Shown: positions 30,428 to 41,694, counted from the stretch's first letter. The stretch is DNA of 64,000 nt from Nitrosopumilaceae archaeon (GCA_965207375.1 OZ242274.1:1504001-1568000), one strand, 5' to 3'. Numbers and translations are program-made. The notes: a model not told the origin generated them from the sequence alone.

Positions 30428-31185
30428 TGGTAAAAAATTACCTACCCTATAGAATTGCATTTTATGCTGGAATAATTGTACTATGGGGTATAATTGCAGC
30501 AATTGAGATATGGCCATCTAATGTCTTTCCATCCCCATACGAGGTGGCAAAAGATTTGATGTTTAGTGCATCTGATGGGAGTCTGTTTTATGGAATTGCA
30601 GTAAGTATGGGACGGCTGTTAATAGGACTAGCAATTGCCATCGGTGGAGGTATAGTTTTAGGCGTATTTATGGCTAGAGTCGAGGTTGTAAACCAGACTG
30701 TGGGTTCATTGGTACTTGGTCTACAATCAATCCCCTCTATTGCATGGGTCCCACTAGCAATTCTTTGGTACGGATTAAATGATGTAGGAATAATTTTCGT
30801 AGTAGCAATTGGTGCAATATTTGCAGTAACAATTAACACGTATACAGGAGTAAAAAATATCGACCCACACTATATTGAGGCTGCACGAAACATGGGTGCA
30901 AAGGGCAGTCAGCTAGTCACTAGTGTTTTGCTTCCTGCTGCATTTCCATACATGATTTCAGGATTCAAGCAAGGGTGGGCCTTTGCATGGAGGGGAGTCA
31001 TAGGTGCAGAATTACTCTTTGCATTTTTGGGTCTTGGGCATTTGCTGTATGCTGCACGCTCCCTTACAGATGTTTCCCAAGTTATTGCAATAATGCTTGT
31101 AATCATGGGAATTGGGTTGCTAGTTGATGGTATAATTTTCAAAAGACTAGAAAACAAGGTAATGGCGCGCTGGGGCCTGCGCTAG
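30424..31185 (+). CDS. ABC transporter permease (SsuC family)
   Basis: IPSIAWVP, EAARNMGA loop, multiple TM segments. Confidence 0.9.
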   Translation: MMVKNYLPYRIAFYAGIIVLWGIIAAIEIWPSNVFPSPYEVAKDLMFSASDGSLFYGIAVSMGRLLIGLAIAIGGGIVLGVFMARVEVVNQTVGSLVLGLQSIPSIAWVPLAILWYGLNDVGIIFVVAIGAIFAVTINTYTGVKNIDPHYIEAARNMGAKGSQLVTSVLLPAAFPYMISGFKQGWAFAWRGVIGAELLFAFLGLGHLLYAARSLTDVSQVIAIMLVIMGIGLLVDGIIFKRLENKVMARWGLR

Positions 31186-31445
31186 AACAGCTTGGAGGAG
31201 GGGTGCATGCCAATACCTTTGCAACATTAACTGATGCACAACGTGCAGAAAATATGAAAGTGGAAAAAACAGGTAGGATACGGTAGAAGATGGCTAGTTG
31301 AGATAATGTTTTCGGCATTCAAGTAAATGTTTGGAAGCGCTGTAATGGCAGTAAAGATGGAAAACATAGTTCGGGAGATTTCATTTAAGGTATTTGCATA
31401 CAAAAAGATGCTAGACATAGCGCAGGAGGCCATGGCTAGAGATAA
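31186..31445 (+). pseudogene. 3' remnant of IS5-family transposase related to 37996-39156
   Basis: QLGGGV...KWKKQVGYGRRWLVEIMFSAFK*MFG with frameshift and stop. Confidence 0.75.
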
Positions 31446-32013
31446 TGACTGTAAACTGTACCGTACAAGTCAATCAGACTTGGATCAAGTTAGATTTGGA
31501 CCAAGTCGGAGTTGCGCTACTGTCTATCGAGATCTGGGAATTTTTATAGTATGAGATACAATAGATTGTATCAGGATCTGAATTCCCTAGACTAACGTAA
31601 ACCTTATGGTATAACGATGGTACGTGGGCGAAATGTGGATTCTGGGCACGCATTTTAGCATATCCTGCCGCATTTCTGCGCATATCTTACCTGCAAGATC
31701 AGTATCTCTGCATTGATCGATTTTGATGTCATGCAGAGAGTTGATTCGTAATTAGAAAATCACACCTAACAAGAGCAAAAATCTGTGCCCAGATCTAATG
31801 ATATCTCTGAAATCCAAAGAAAATACGACCAGCTAAACTATATTGTGTGTGGTTTGGTAAACTATACCATATTGCAGCAGTCAAATCAGATGACCTGACT
31901 AAAACAAGGCATCCCGATGACAGCATACACGCATAAAAAATAATTACAGAACGCCTCTCTGATACAATCTATTTTGCTATACCAATAAAAGATAGCTAGT
32001 ACAGCAACTGTTT

Positions 32014-32973
32014 GTGGATAAAGAATCTTTCCTAGATGCCATCAAACGAAAAATATTACTTTTTGATGGTGCAATGGGCACCGAAATTCAAAAATATGAT
32101 CCAAAACCAAAAGATTTTCCAGACTGCAAAGACGGCTTTAATGACGGTCTAATCATAACTCATCCCGAATGGATAGAACAGATTCATCATAGTTATTTAG
32201 ATGCAGGTGCAGATTGTATTGAAACTAATTCTTTTGGCTCTAATAAAATAAAATTAGATGAATACGGATTTGGCAGTCAAACCGTAGAGTTTAACAAAAA
32301 AATAGCAAATCTTGCTGCAAAAGTTTGCTCCAAATATTCTGATAAAACACGCTATGTGATTGGCTCTATGGGGCCTTCAGGATATCTGCCTAGCTCCGAT
32401 GATCCTGATTTGGGACTAAAGCCACTAGATGAGATTCGCAAATCCTTTGAGCTTCAAGCCCAAGGCTTAATCCTTGGAGGAGCAGATGCCTTGTTAATTG
32501 AAACAAGTCAGGATATACTTGAGGTAAAGCTTGTAATTGAGGCATCTCACAATGCAATGCAAAAAACTAGAAAAAAAATTCCCATAATTGCAAACACAAC
32601 ACTAGACCAATACGGTAAGATGTTGCTTGGAACCAACATTGAGGCAGCATATACTACGGTTTCAGATATGGGAATTGACGTGTTTGGTCTGAATTGCTCT
32701 ACGGGCCCAATTGAAATGACTCCTAGTGTGAGATGGCTAGATGAGCAAAAAGGACACAGTTTACTAGTTGTCCCAAATGCAGGTATGCCTGAAAATCAGG
32801 GAGGGCAGGCCATATACAAAATGCAGCCCGAGGAGCTAGCAAAGGCACTAGGCGAATTTTTGGACAGCTATGACAAGGTGAGAATTATTGGCGGATGTTG
32901 CGGTACAAATCCGGACCATATTCGTGCATTGCGCAAAGTAATTGACGAAAAGGTCGAATCCATCAAGGGTTAA
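32014..32973 (+). CDS. metH: Cobalamin-dependent methionine synthase, homocysteine-binding part (split MetH)
   Basis: LFDGAMGT, ETNSFG, GLNCSTGP, IIGGCCGT. Confidence 0.92.
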   Translation: MDKESFLDAIKRKILLFDGAMGTEIQKYDPKPKDFPDCKDGFNDGLIITHPEWIEQIHHSYLDAGADCIETNSFGSNKIKLDEYGFGSQTVEFNKKIANLAAKVCSKYSDKTRYVIGSMGPSGYLPSSDDPDLGLKPLDEIRKSFELQAQGLILGGADALLIETSQDILEVKLVIEASHNAMQKTRKKIPIIANTTLDQYGKMLLGTNIEAAYTTVSDMGIDVFGLNCSTGPIEMTPSVRWLDEQKGHSLLVVPNAGMPENQGGQAIYKMQPEELAKALGEFLDSYDKVRIIGGCCGTNPDHIRALRKVIDEKVESIKG

Positions 32974-33002
32974 GTATTTAGAAAAATCCCTATCATCACA
33001 TA

Positions 33003-35501
33003 TTGTTGACTGCACCAAGGGTAAGCTCTGCACTAAAGGCAATAGAATTAAGACAAGAGCCTGCACCTCTAATTATCGGCGAACGCCTAAACACACAAGG
33101 CTCTAGAAAAGCAAAGAGTTTGGTTTTAAATGATGATTTTGACGGATTAATTGAGCTTGCAAGAGACCAGGTTGAAAACGGGGCACATTGTCTTGATGTC
33201 TGCGTTGCTACAACTGAACGCTCTGATGAAAAGGATTTCATGCTAAAGATGATAAAACGATTAAGTTTAGAAATTGATGCCCCCCTAGTAATTGATTCAA
33301 CAGATCCTGATGTAATTGAATCTGCCATAACTCAGACTCCGGGCAGACCAATAATTAATTCTATAAATTTAGAAGGTGACGGGAACAGATTTTCTAAACT
33401 AGCCCCAATAATGGCAAGGTACGGCGTTCCTGCAATTGCATTGTGTATTGGACCAAAAGGTATGGCAAAAACACCTGACCAAAAACTAGAAACTGCAAAA
33501 CTACTTTATGAATCTGGAAAAAAATACGGATTAAAACCAGAACAGTTTATTTTTGATGTTTTAACATTTACATTGGCAACAGGAGAAGACGAATTTTGCA
33601 ATGCCGGAGTCAACACTTTACAGGGAATAAAAAAGGTCAAAAAACACTTTCCTGCATCGTACACAACTTTGGGATTGAGCAATATCAGTTTCGGCCTAGT
33701 TCCTTTTGCACGAAAAATTCTCAATTCGGTATTTTTGTATCACGCAGTAAAATACGGTCTGGATTCGGCAATAGTAAACTCTAAAGAAATAATTCCCTAT
33801 GGACAGATAGATAAAAAAGAACGCAATCTAGCAGAGGACTTGATTTTTAATTCTAATCCTGATGCACTAGCTAATTTAATTGCACATTTTGAAAAACACA
33901 GTTCCCAGGAATCTGCATCTATTAAAAAAATCAAAGTTGATCCTAGCTGGCCTGCTGCAAAACGTGCCAACTTTCGTATTGTGAACCGTCTCAAAGACGG
34001 CATTGCTGACGACGTTGTAACTGCTATAGCTGAGAAAATATCAAAGATGTCATCACTAGTTTCAGGGGATGTGCTTTTTTTAAACGAACCAAAGGAGACA
34101 ACTCATGATGGAGCCATTGCGGTACTAAATGAGAGTCTTTTGCCTGCCATGAAGGAGGTAGGTGACAAGTTTGGTGCAGGTGAGCTTATCCTTCCCTTTG
34201 TCTTAAAATCTGCTGAATGCATGAAAGCTGCAGTTACAGAACTTGAAAAATATCTTTTAAAGAAACAGGGAACAACTAAGGGAAAACTAGTATTAGGGAC
34301 AGTGTATGGTGATGTTCACGATATTGGCAAAAATCTAGTAAAGACAATTTTTGAAAATAACGGCTATACGGTGTATGATCTAGGAAAACAGGTGCCTATG
34401 CAAGAGTTTTTAGAAAAAATCAAAGAGACTGATGCAGATGCAGTTGGACTGTCTGCACTTTTGGTGCATACATCACAGCAAATGAAGTTTTTTGTGCAGC
34501 ATGCAAGAAAAAACAACATGACTGTTCCAATTCTTTGCGGCGGTGCAGCAATTAACACCAATTATATCAACCGGATAGCAAGAGAAGATAAAATTTACGA
34601 ATCAGGAGTATTTTATTGCAATACCATGTTTGATGGATTAAAAACAATGGACAAGCTTGTCTCAGATCAAAGACTGCAATTTATACAAACTTGGAGACAA
34701 AAATTAGAAAACTGGAAGGACGTTTCTATATCTAATGGTTCAGATACAAAATTACCTCACAGCAAAATAACACCAGTGTCCCCACCTAGGCCTGCAAGAG
34801 TCAACATTCCTATACGTCTGAATTCTGCACAAATTGATACCTCTGAGGTTTGGAAACATGTTGATAAAAATTCACTTTTCAAGTTATCCTGGGGACTGAG
34901 AGGAAAGGCAGGTAAACTGCAAGAATCAGAACACGAAAAATTATTGGTAGAGTGGAAAAAACGAATATCAAACGAAGATTTGTTCCAGCCAAGTGCAGTA
35001 TATGGATTTTACAACTGTCATGCACATGACAATATACTAACAGTTGATCACCCTACAGGAGAATCTATAACATTTGATTTTCCGCGTTCTACAAAGCCAA
35101 AACATCTGTGTCTTGCAGATTACTTTGGAAAAGATGACATTGTTGCATTTCAAGCAGTAACTGTTGGCAACAAAGTAGCAGACATTATACAACAGTGGAA
35201 TAAAGAAGACAAATATGCAGATGCATACTATCTTCACGGTTTGGCAGTAGAATTTGCAGAGGCAATGGCTATGTGGATTAATCAAAGAATCAAAAGTGAG
35301 TTAAATATCAAAGCTGGAGGACTGCGATACAGCTGGGGCTATCCAAGCTGTCCAGATATTTTACAGCACAAGCTAGTTTGGAAGCTACTCTTACCTGAAA
35401 AATCAGGCATGACATTGACAGAGGCTGGACAAATTGTGCCAGAGCAGTCCACTGCAGCAATTGTGATTCATCATCCTGATGCAGAGTATTTTGTAATCTA
35501 A
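33003..35501 (+). CDS. metH: Methionine synthase pterin-binding, B12-binding and activation part
   Basis: IGERLN, GLSNISFG, GDVHDIGKN, RYSWGYPSCP, PEQST. Confidence 0.92.
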   Translation: MLTAPRVSSALKAIELRQEPAPLIIGERLNTQGSRKAKSLVLNDDFDGLIELARDQVENGAHCLDVCVATTERSDEKDFMLKMIKRLSLEIDAPLVIDSTDPDVIESAITQTPGRPIINSINLEGDGNRFSKLAPIMARYGVPAIALCIGPKGMAKTPDQKLETAKLLYESGKKYGLKPEQFIFDVLTFTLATGEDEFCNAGVNTLQGIKKVKKHFPASYTTLGLSNISFGLVPFARKILNSVFLYHAVKYGLDSAIVNSKEIIPYGQIDKKERNLAEDLIFNSNPDALANLIAHFEKHSSQESASIKKIKVDPSWPAAKRANFRIVNRLKDGIADDVVTAIAEKISKMSSLVSGDVLFLNEPKETTHDGAIAVLNESLLPAMKEVGDKFGAGELILPFVLKSAECMKAAVTELEKYLLKKQGTTKGKLVLGTVYGDVHDIGKNLVKTIFENNGYTVYDLGKQVPMQEFLEKIKETDADAVGLSALLVHTSQQMKFFVQHARKNNMTVPILCGGAAINTNYINRIAREDKIYESGVFYCNTMFDGLKTMDKLVSDQRLQFIQTWRQKLENWKDVSISNGSDTKLPHSKITPVSPPRPARVNIPIRLNSAQIDTSEVWKHVDKNSLFKLSWGLRGKAGKLQESEHEKLLVEWKKRISNEDLFQPSAVYGFYNCHAHDNILTVDHPTGESITFDFPRSTKPKHLCLADYFGKDDIVAFQAVTVGNKVADIIQQWNKEDKYADAYYLHGLAVEFAEAMAMWINQRIKSELNIKAGGLRYSWGYPSCPDILQHKLVWKLLLPEKSGMTLTEAGQIVPEQSTAAIVIHHPDAEYFVI

Positions 35502-36235
35502 GTTGTATCTGATTTTTTTTCTAAAAACTCTTTTAATCCTTTAAAATCACCTGGCGATGTAATCAAAACATCTCCTGAAATTTGATGAATTTGTTCTAAA
35601 AAATCTTCAAAATTTTCCGAATATGACTCTAAATTCAGGTTCAAAAATTTTGCTGATTTTTCATTTTTTTGTGATGGAAACAAGACAATTGGTATGACCG
35701 AAAAGCCTTTTAGATTTTTTACTAGATTTTGAACCTGCTCTACAGATTGTACTACCTGAGTCACAAATCCAGTAGGTTTTGCAGATATTTTTTTGCCAAT
35801 TTTTTCAAAATTTGGCGTATTAGATACAGACAGATAAAGGTCAATTTTTGAGTTTAATTTGTCTAGTTTTTTTACGATTTGACTAGGAATTTGTTTTGAA
35901 TCATATTTTGTATTTTGTGAAGGATCACCCATTAGAATCAATATTCCTGAAAATCCTGCCTCAATGCACTCTTTGACGGATTTTTGAATTTGTTTTTCTG
36001 TCTTGTCTCGGGTTCTCAGGCTTGTAGTGATTGGGAGTCTGGGAATCTCTTTTTTGATGATTTTTCCTACGAGTATAGGAGATGCTCTTTCAAATCCCAG
36101 TACATTTTCAGTTATGTGTATGGCATCACAGTATGGTGCAATTGTTTTGATTTTAGTAACAAATTGTGATATTGATTCTTCCAAGTTTAAATGAGGGAGA
36201 ATTTTTGGAGGATTTGCCTCATATCTGATGGTCAT
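35498..36235 (-). CDS. Methylenetetrahydrofolate reductase-like protein
   Basis: YEANPPK, DAIHITEN, LRTRD, LILMGDP, FVTQ; adjacent to metH. Confidence 0.75.
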   Translation of the reverse strand: MTIRYEANPPKILPHLNLEESISQFVTKIKTIAPYCDAIHITENVLGFERASPILVGKIIKKEIPRLPITTSLRTRDKTEKQIQKSVKECIEAGFSGILILMGDPSQNTKYDSKQIPSQIVKKLDKLNSKIDLYLSVSNTPNFEKIGKKISAKPTGFVTQVVQSVEQVQNLVKNLKGFSVIPIVLFPSQKNEKSAKFLNLNLESYSENFEDFLEQIHQISGDVLITSPGDFKGLKEFLEKKSDTT

Positions 36236-36311
36236 GTTGTAATTTTCACAAATCTTGGTTAAAACCTTTGAATATTAAAACCCATATGGAAAGGTAGGAA
36301 AAGATACTAGT

Positions 36312-36869
36312 ATGATTTTAGATGATTTTAGATATGCGTTGCGAACAGAGATTAATCCAGATGTTGCCTTTGATCCTAAAACAAAACCTTCATCTGTTTT
36401 AATTGTAATTTATGACAATCCTCCAAAGATATTGATGACTAAAAAATCAGCACATCTTAAAATTCATGCAGGAGAGATTGCATTTCCCGGAGGCAAGTTA
36501 GATGATGGAGATTCTGATTTGCTTCATACTGCTTTGCGTGAAACAAAGGAGGAAATCAATTTAGAGATTTTGAGATCTCAAATAATTGGACAGTTAAACC
36601 CTGTGATAACACTAAATTCTAACTTTACAATCATTCCATTTGTCTGTGTTTTGGACTCGCTGCCTGCACTTGAACACAATTATGAAGTAGAGCAGGTACT
36701 AGACATTCCTGCACATTCGTTTTTGAGTACGCTTCAAAGTGATCCTGATCCTGAACATAATTCTATACAAGAAATGTATGTCTTTAAATTTAAAAATCAT
36801 ATAATATGGGGTGCCTCAGCTAGAATGCTCAAACAAATAGTTGATAAACTTGCAAGAAATTTGCTCTAA
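36312..36869 (+). CDS. Nudix hydrolase (CoA pyrophosphatase-like)
   Basis: HAGEIAFPGGK..ALRETKEEI, IWGASA. Confidence 0.9.
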   Translation: MILDDFRYALRTEINPDVAFDPKTKPSSVLIVIYDNPPKILMTKKSAHLKIHAGEIAFPGGKLDDGDSDLLHTALRETKEEINLEILRSQIIGQLNPVITLNSNFTIIPFVCVLDSLPALEHNYEVEQVLDIPAHSFLSTLQSDPDPEHNSIQEMYVFKFKNHIIWGASARMLKQIVDKLARNLL

Positions 36870-37038
36870 ACTTTGAGCATGAGTTTCTACATGTTGTGTA
36901 ATCTGTAAAAAATATGTGAATTGAATTACGTGTACACATCTCAGGCCTTTATTACAATTCAAAGTATGTTCTATACAAACTCATCACAATAAACCATCAT
37001 GATACCGTTCTTGTGATTTACCTTCATATCATAAATTC

Positions 37039-37132
37039 GTACATTGCTCAAGTCGTTGATTTTTCAAACATAGGATTTTCACTTAGGTTTGAGAATTAGG
37101 TGTTTGTTCACGTAGCAGAGACGATTTGTGCC
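37039..37132 (-). repeat. MITE-like repeat copy 3 (inverted, degenerate)
   Basis: GTACATTGCTCAAGTCGTTGATTTTTCA..CAGAGACGA matches the reverse complement of the family. Confidence 0.5.
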
Positions 37133-37207
37133 TAAATGATGAAACAGTAATTAAAAAACTATGTATGACGTAAACAAGTATCAATTAACTAATCGGTAGC
37201 TAAAGTA

Positions 37208-37473
37208 TTAATTCTGATCTGATGGAAATTCATTATGATTTTTTAAATGCATATAGACTGATTTGAAGAAAACAACAGGCAGTCCTAACGGTTCAAACAA
37301 AATTTTCAAACATCTTCTAAGACACCATTCTGTTTTTTTGGAATCCATACTTCATCTTTTGTTAATGTATGTATACAAAACATTGTCGTTCCACCATCAG
37401 GATCACGTACATTGAATCCTAAAATCTTTAATGCTTTAGATGTGTCTTTGGAATTATAACGTGTAGGATCCAT
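37208..37473 (-). pseudogene. Possible frameshifted HicA-like toxin
   Basis: MDPTRYNSKDTSKALK / LGFNVR.. across a frameshift; starts 7 bp after the HicB-like gene. Confidence 0.3.
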
Positions 37474-37480
37474 AATGTCT

Positions 37481-37693
37481 TTATCTTAAATCAACTTTTG
37501 TTGTTGTGCTGTTGAATATTTCATCACGTTTATCTGGATATATTTTCAGATATTCCAGTATTGATTTTTTAAGATTGTTTTCTACTTCAATTTTGGTATT
37601 TCCAAATGCTGTCACCTTGGGGTTTGTAGAACAACGTGCAACAAACCCTTCTTCTACTTCTTTCAATGTATAATTAATGAGATTACTTGCCAT
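37481..37693 (-). CDS. Short HicB-like antitoxin
   Basis: EEGFVARC...VTAFGNTKIEV..NL...I..YL. Confidence 0.65.
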   Translation of the reverse strand: MASNLINYTLKEVEEGFVARCSTNPKVTAFGNTKIEVENNLKKSILEYLKIYPDKRDEIFNSTTTKVDLR

Positions 37694-37741
37694 GGAATCT
37701 ATCTATTAGAAATAGACAACATGAGTGCATATAAGATTTAC

Positions 37742-39239
37742 TTGTGCAATAGTTTGTGTTATAACCCTGCCTAGAATTTTTCAAAATTTGCAATTTTCAG
37801 GCCAGATTCGGTCTGGGAGAAATCAATTTGATGATACAATAGACAAAGTTTGACCTTTCAGATCCAAATAGTAGGATTGCCTACTCATCTCAGATTGCAC
37901 ATAAGAGATGAGCAAACAATCCTGATACAATACAAACCAAGGAGGTATAAAATCTTCGGCAACGCCTGGTACATGATTTACAGGAGGTCACAATATTGAC
38001 AGAGCAAAAAGTTTCGAGTAAACCAAAGCAAAAATCACGTCTAAAGATGACCAATGCACAAAACGATGCAAGATATCTAGCAGTTGGACGCATGATATAT
38101 CCCAAAAAAAATCCAGATCATGACGATGAACTCAAAAGAGCCAACAAAAAGAAAAACGGTCACCCTTACAGATACGCAGAATCTACAATACTAGCTCTTG
38201 CAACAATGAGGGCATTTTGTGGATTATCCTATCGTATACTAGAAGGCTTTGCAACAGAGGCACTAGGCCAAGAGTATGTTCCAAGCTTTAGTCAGATCCA
38301 AAAAAGAATGAAAACCGTCAAGGTGTCAATCAAAGATGACCTCATTACGGCACAAGGCAAAAAGAGTGCACTTCATCTTGCACCTGATGGTACTGGTCTC
38401 AGTCCCAGTAAGAGAAGCGAATACATCAGGTACAGGCACAAAGTACAGCACGGATTCATCAGGTTTGTCATTGTTGTAGATACTGACACGCGTGAGATAC
38501 TCTCCTTTAGCGTAACAGATGAAAGGATAGGTGAGGCCCCACAGTTTGAGGAACTTACGTGTACTGCACTAGAAAACTGCGGTATAGATGTTGCAGACAG
38601 AATTAACCAAGCAGAGAAATCAAATGAGGATCAATCAGCATGTCAAAAAGCAGATGACCCAGAACACCCAATTGCAGATTCACAGAAAGATGAAGACGAC
38701 ATGCAAGAATATCAATCTCTGAATAATGAATTATTGGATGAATTAAAAATAGTCGTGCGAGCAGACGGTGGGTTTGACTCGCGTAAAATATTTGCATTAT
38801 GTAAAAAGCTAAAAATCAAACCATGCATCAGAATAAAACACAATGCAAATACGCGTTCAGATGGTGTCAGTAGGGATCGTACTCTTGCAGCCATTGATCA
38901 ACTAGGTGGTGGTGTATCAGATCCTAAAAAATTTGCACAGCTGACAAAAGAAGAACGCGAGGCAAACAGGAAGGTCTGGAAAAAAAGGGTGCAATATGGC
39001 AAAAGATGGATAGTTGAGATAGTAATATCATCAATTAAGCGATTGTTTGGTGATTCGGTATCTGCTGTAACGTGGGAAAACATCATACAAGAGATTAATC
39101 TCAAGGCACACATCTACAACAAGATGTTACAGGTACAAAGGAGGGCAATAGCATAAACATACGACTTGAACATTGGTGTACTATGTACCTCACTTGGAAA
39201 TATGGAGGGGTTATAACACTAACTATTGTGCAACGGCGC
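37742..39239 (+). mobile_element. IS5-family element (left terminus eroded)
   Basis: Imperfect IR TTGTGCAATAGTTTGTGTTATAACCC at 37742 vs GGGTTATAACACTAACTATTGTGCAA at 39208-39233. Confidence 0.75.
37996..39156 (+). CDS. IS5-family DDE transposase (start uncertain)
   Basis: GHPYRY, LSYRILEG, PSFSQI, DGTG, ADGGFDS, YGKRWIVE. Confidence 0.88.
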   Translation: MTEQKVSSKPKQKSRLKMTNAQNDARYLAVGRMIYPKKNPDHDDELKRANKKKNGHPYRYAESTILALATMRAFCGLSYRILEGFATEALGQEYVPSFSQIQKRMKTVKVSIKDDLITAQGKKSALHLAPDGTGLSPSKRSEYIRYRHKVQHGFIRFVIVVDTDTREILSFSVTDERIGEAPQFEELTCTALENCGIDVADRINQAEKSNEDQSACQKADDPEHPIADSQKDEDDMQEYQSLNNELLDELKIVVRADGGFDSRKIFALCKKLKIKPCIRIKHNANTRSDGVSRDRTLAAIDQLGGGVSDPKKFAQLTKEEREANRKVWKKRVQYGKRWIVEIVISSIKRLFGDSVSAVTWENIIQEINLKAHIYNKMLQVQRRAIA

Positions 39240-39753
39240 TGTCCACATTTTTTTCAAAAAAGCAGCGAAAAGCTTAAAGATCATGACGTAAGTGCAGGAT
39301 AAAGCTTATCGATCATGAACTTTTGCGTTATACCGATGAGTTCCAAAACAAAAAGACGACACAGAAAGAAAAACCATGATTCTCATGTAAGGACATACAA
39401 AAAGGAAATTCGTAGACTCAAAAATAAGGAATACAGAAACTATACAGAATATGAAAGGAAACGAAAAAACGAAGGTAAAACAAAATTGGTGAGGATCTCC
39501 AAACTCAAAAAGTTGATCCTCGCCACGTATCCTGAAATATCCAAATCAGAGCTTGCAATGTTTTTGTGCATCCTTGACATGGTATTTCGCGACCACTCGT
39601 TGCGTATACATGTAGCATACATGCACGAGCACTCTGGTTCTGTAAACACATATGGCCTAAAAAACATTCCCTCAAAATCAGGACTGCACGATTTCATAAA
39701 ACACCACTCTGATGATTTGGAGATGATACAAAATATCCTGCTCATTCAGGCAT
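39236..39753 (+). mobile_element. 5' remnant of another IS (truncated transposase N-terminus from 39315)
   Basis: End sequence CGCTGTCCACATTTTTT recurs inverted at 52280-52303; S.R..LKNIPSKSGLH HTH-like motif; cut at an IS110 end. Confidence 0.5.
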
Positions 39754-39978
39754 CTATGTTAACCACCCCGGCGCGTACCTTGATGTATCCCTATTGCGTT
39801 TCCGTTCCGTGCCTAATTATTTAGTATATCATTTATAGCTAACGCTAGCAAGCTTAATACCGGATTTGACATGTACAAATCATTTCTGACGTGCCTTTTC
39901 CAATTTAGCAAGCTTGCGCTGATACAATCTTGTATTGTGTGACGAATATGGTGTCTTTGTGTTCAGAATATGCCATGA
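39752..39978 (-). mobile_element. IS110 3' remnant (C-terminal codons plus non-coding end)
   Basis: Minus strand reads WHILNTKTPY..RLYQRKLAKLEKARQK*; ends ..AACATAG|AT like the intact IS110. Confidence 0.6.
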
Positions 39979-39980
39979 TA

Positions 39981-41294
39981 TAGCAGATCTAACTAATAAT
40001 CAATAGTTTTTCTACATATTTTAAAAAACAAAGTCGTGACCTGACATTGACACTTGCAACAGTTGCGATCAAAGCAACTAAACATGAAATGCACAAAATA
40101 TTACAGCATATTATCTGATAGTTACAAACAAAAGAATCAAAGAACAAAATTACGGTATCAAATAGTCGAACATTTTTACTATTGGAATAGTTTTGTTTTT
40201 TATTGATCGAGCTATGATACGTTTGAGCTCAGCATTTGTAGCTATAATACCTGCAATACTCTTTTTCATGACCGACCATTCAGGCTCAATCGGATTGAGT
40301 TCAGGAGTATATTTTAGATAAAACTCAAACTGCATCTGACCACCTGTCTCCCTTGTGATACGTTTTAGCTCATCTTTTTTGTGATAAGCTGCATTGTCCA
40401 TAAACATCAGAACCTTGCCGAATTTCTTGTGTACACCCTGCAAAAAGTTTTCCACGTTAACCCAGTTTCCTGTATCGTAAAACCTAAAGTAATATTCTTT
40501 CTCTGCGCCAATAGCACCTATAATCGTGAGACTCTTGGATTTTTTAGATTTATTTTTTGCGGATTTTTTCTTTGGTTTTTTCTTGCCTGTGATAAATACA
40601 GAACGTTTTTCAAAAAACCAGCCCTTTTTGGGCACTGATGCCACCAGCTTGTGAGCAGCATCCATGGTCATAATTGTGTGTCCTTTGTCGCTATAGTATT
40701 TTACCTTGCGGTGAGCTTTTTTTTTGAACACTGCGATTTCCTCAGGGGTTGCTGCCTTGTCGTTTCTAGGTCTAGGTGCAACTAGATGAAGATCAAGTCT
40801 AGTGATCAATGCCCATACCGAACTTACATTGTAATCTGTCTTGAATATTTTTTTGATGTGTCTTTGTATTATGGGTGATGTCCACAAATTAGTATCATAA
40901 CCACATTTTTGTGGTCCTTTTTTCAAATCACGTATTAGCTTGTTTATCTGCTTCTTGTCCAGCTTACACTGTGCACCAGGTTGCTTCTTATCGTATCTAG
41001 CATCAATGCCTTCCTTGTTGATTCTGTCTATCCAATTTTGAACCGTGGTGTACGGTATCTTTATGGAATTTGAAATTTCCCACAATGTTTTGCCCTCCTT
41101 TTTTAACATGTATGCAGTAATTCTCTGTACAACCTTTGGATTTTTTTCTTCTTTTTTGAGTTTGTACAATTTCTTCATGTTTGTATCTGGTAGGAATTTA
41201 TCCATTGTAACCATCTTGGAACAAGATCGACATATAGATCTTTTAGTTGACTTTAATTGACAAATTTGCTATCGATTATTAGTTAGATCTGCTA
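39981..41294 (-). mobile_element. IS630-family element
   Basis: Perfect 21-bp TIR TAGCAGATCTAACTAATAATC flanked by TA on both sides. Confidence 0.93.
40150..41214 (-). CDS. IS630 transposase, single frame
   Basis: HTH, LWT, MDAA, MDNAAYH, KYTPELNPIEPEW. Confidence 0.9.
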   Translation of the reverse strand: MVTMDKFLPDTNMKKLYKLKKEEKNPKVVQRITAYMLKKEGKTLWEISNSIKIPYTTVQNWIDRINKEGIDARYDKKQPGAQCKLDKKQINKLIRDLKKGPQKCGYDTNLWTSPIIQRHIKKIFKTDYNVSSVWALITRLDLHLVAPRPRNDKAATPEEIAVFKKKAHRKVKYYSDKGHTIMTMDAAHKLVASVPKKGWFFEKRSVFITGKKKPKKKSAKNKSKKSKSLTIIGAIGAEKEYYFRFYDTGNWVNVENFLQGVHKKFGKVLMFMDNAAYHKKDELKRITRETGGQMQFEFYLKYTPELNPIEPEWSVMKKSIAGIIATNAELKRIIARSIKNKTIPIVKMFDYLIP

Positions 41295-41354
41295 TAGCAT
41301 GTCGTTTCTCTATCAAATACACCAAAAGTAAGATTCACAGATAACCTACAATAT

Positions 41355-41448
41355 ATACACATTTAAGACTTGAGTAATGCAACTTTGTCTAAACTAGTAA
41401 AGTATGATAAAATTTTATGCCTGAAAAATCTATGACCTTAGTGTGTAC
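41355..41448 (+). repeat. MITE-like repeat copy 4 (degenerate)
   Basis: ATGCCTGAAAAATCTATGACCTTAGTGTGTAC; left boundary approximate. Confidence 0.5.
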
Positions 41449-41694
41449 GAACAAGTACTTGGAATTTATTTATAGTATTATGTATAATGTAATAGTGTCA
41501 GATGGCAGTGCACCATATTGGTGAGTCAGTATGCTGCCTATTGGGTGTGTATCAGAGGGTTCTCGGCTACACATTCTTGACGTTTATTATGGATATTCCT
41601 TATGGCCGTATCCTTTAATTGTTCCAAAGTTGTTTTTTCGAAGCTTGTTGTATATGATTTTCCAATACCTCTATTCAAAAAGTATCTTACAGGG

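Noticed and set aside
31450-32013. Possible cobalamin or SAM riboswitch upstream of metH
   Set aside because: No recognisable conserved riboswitch boxes; looks like decayed sequence
18333-36235. A unified sulfur pathway linking dndA, the sulfonate-type ABC transporter and metH/MTHFR
   Set aside because: Separated by 6 kb of IS debris, no shared operon, and the transporter substrate is unknown; proximity is probably incidental
40715-40725. Programmed frameshift at the A9 run in IS630
   Set aside because: The ORF is already continuous through the run
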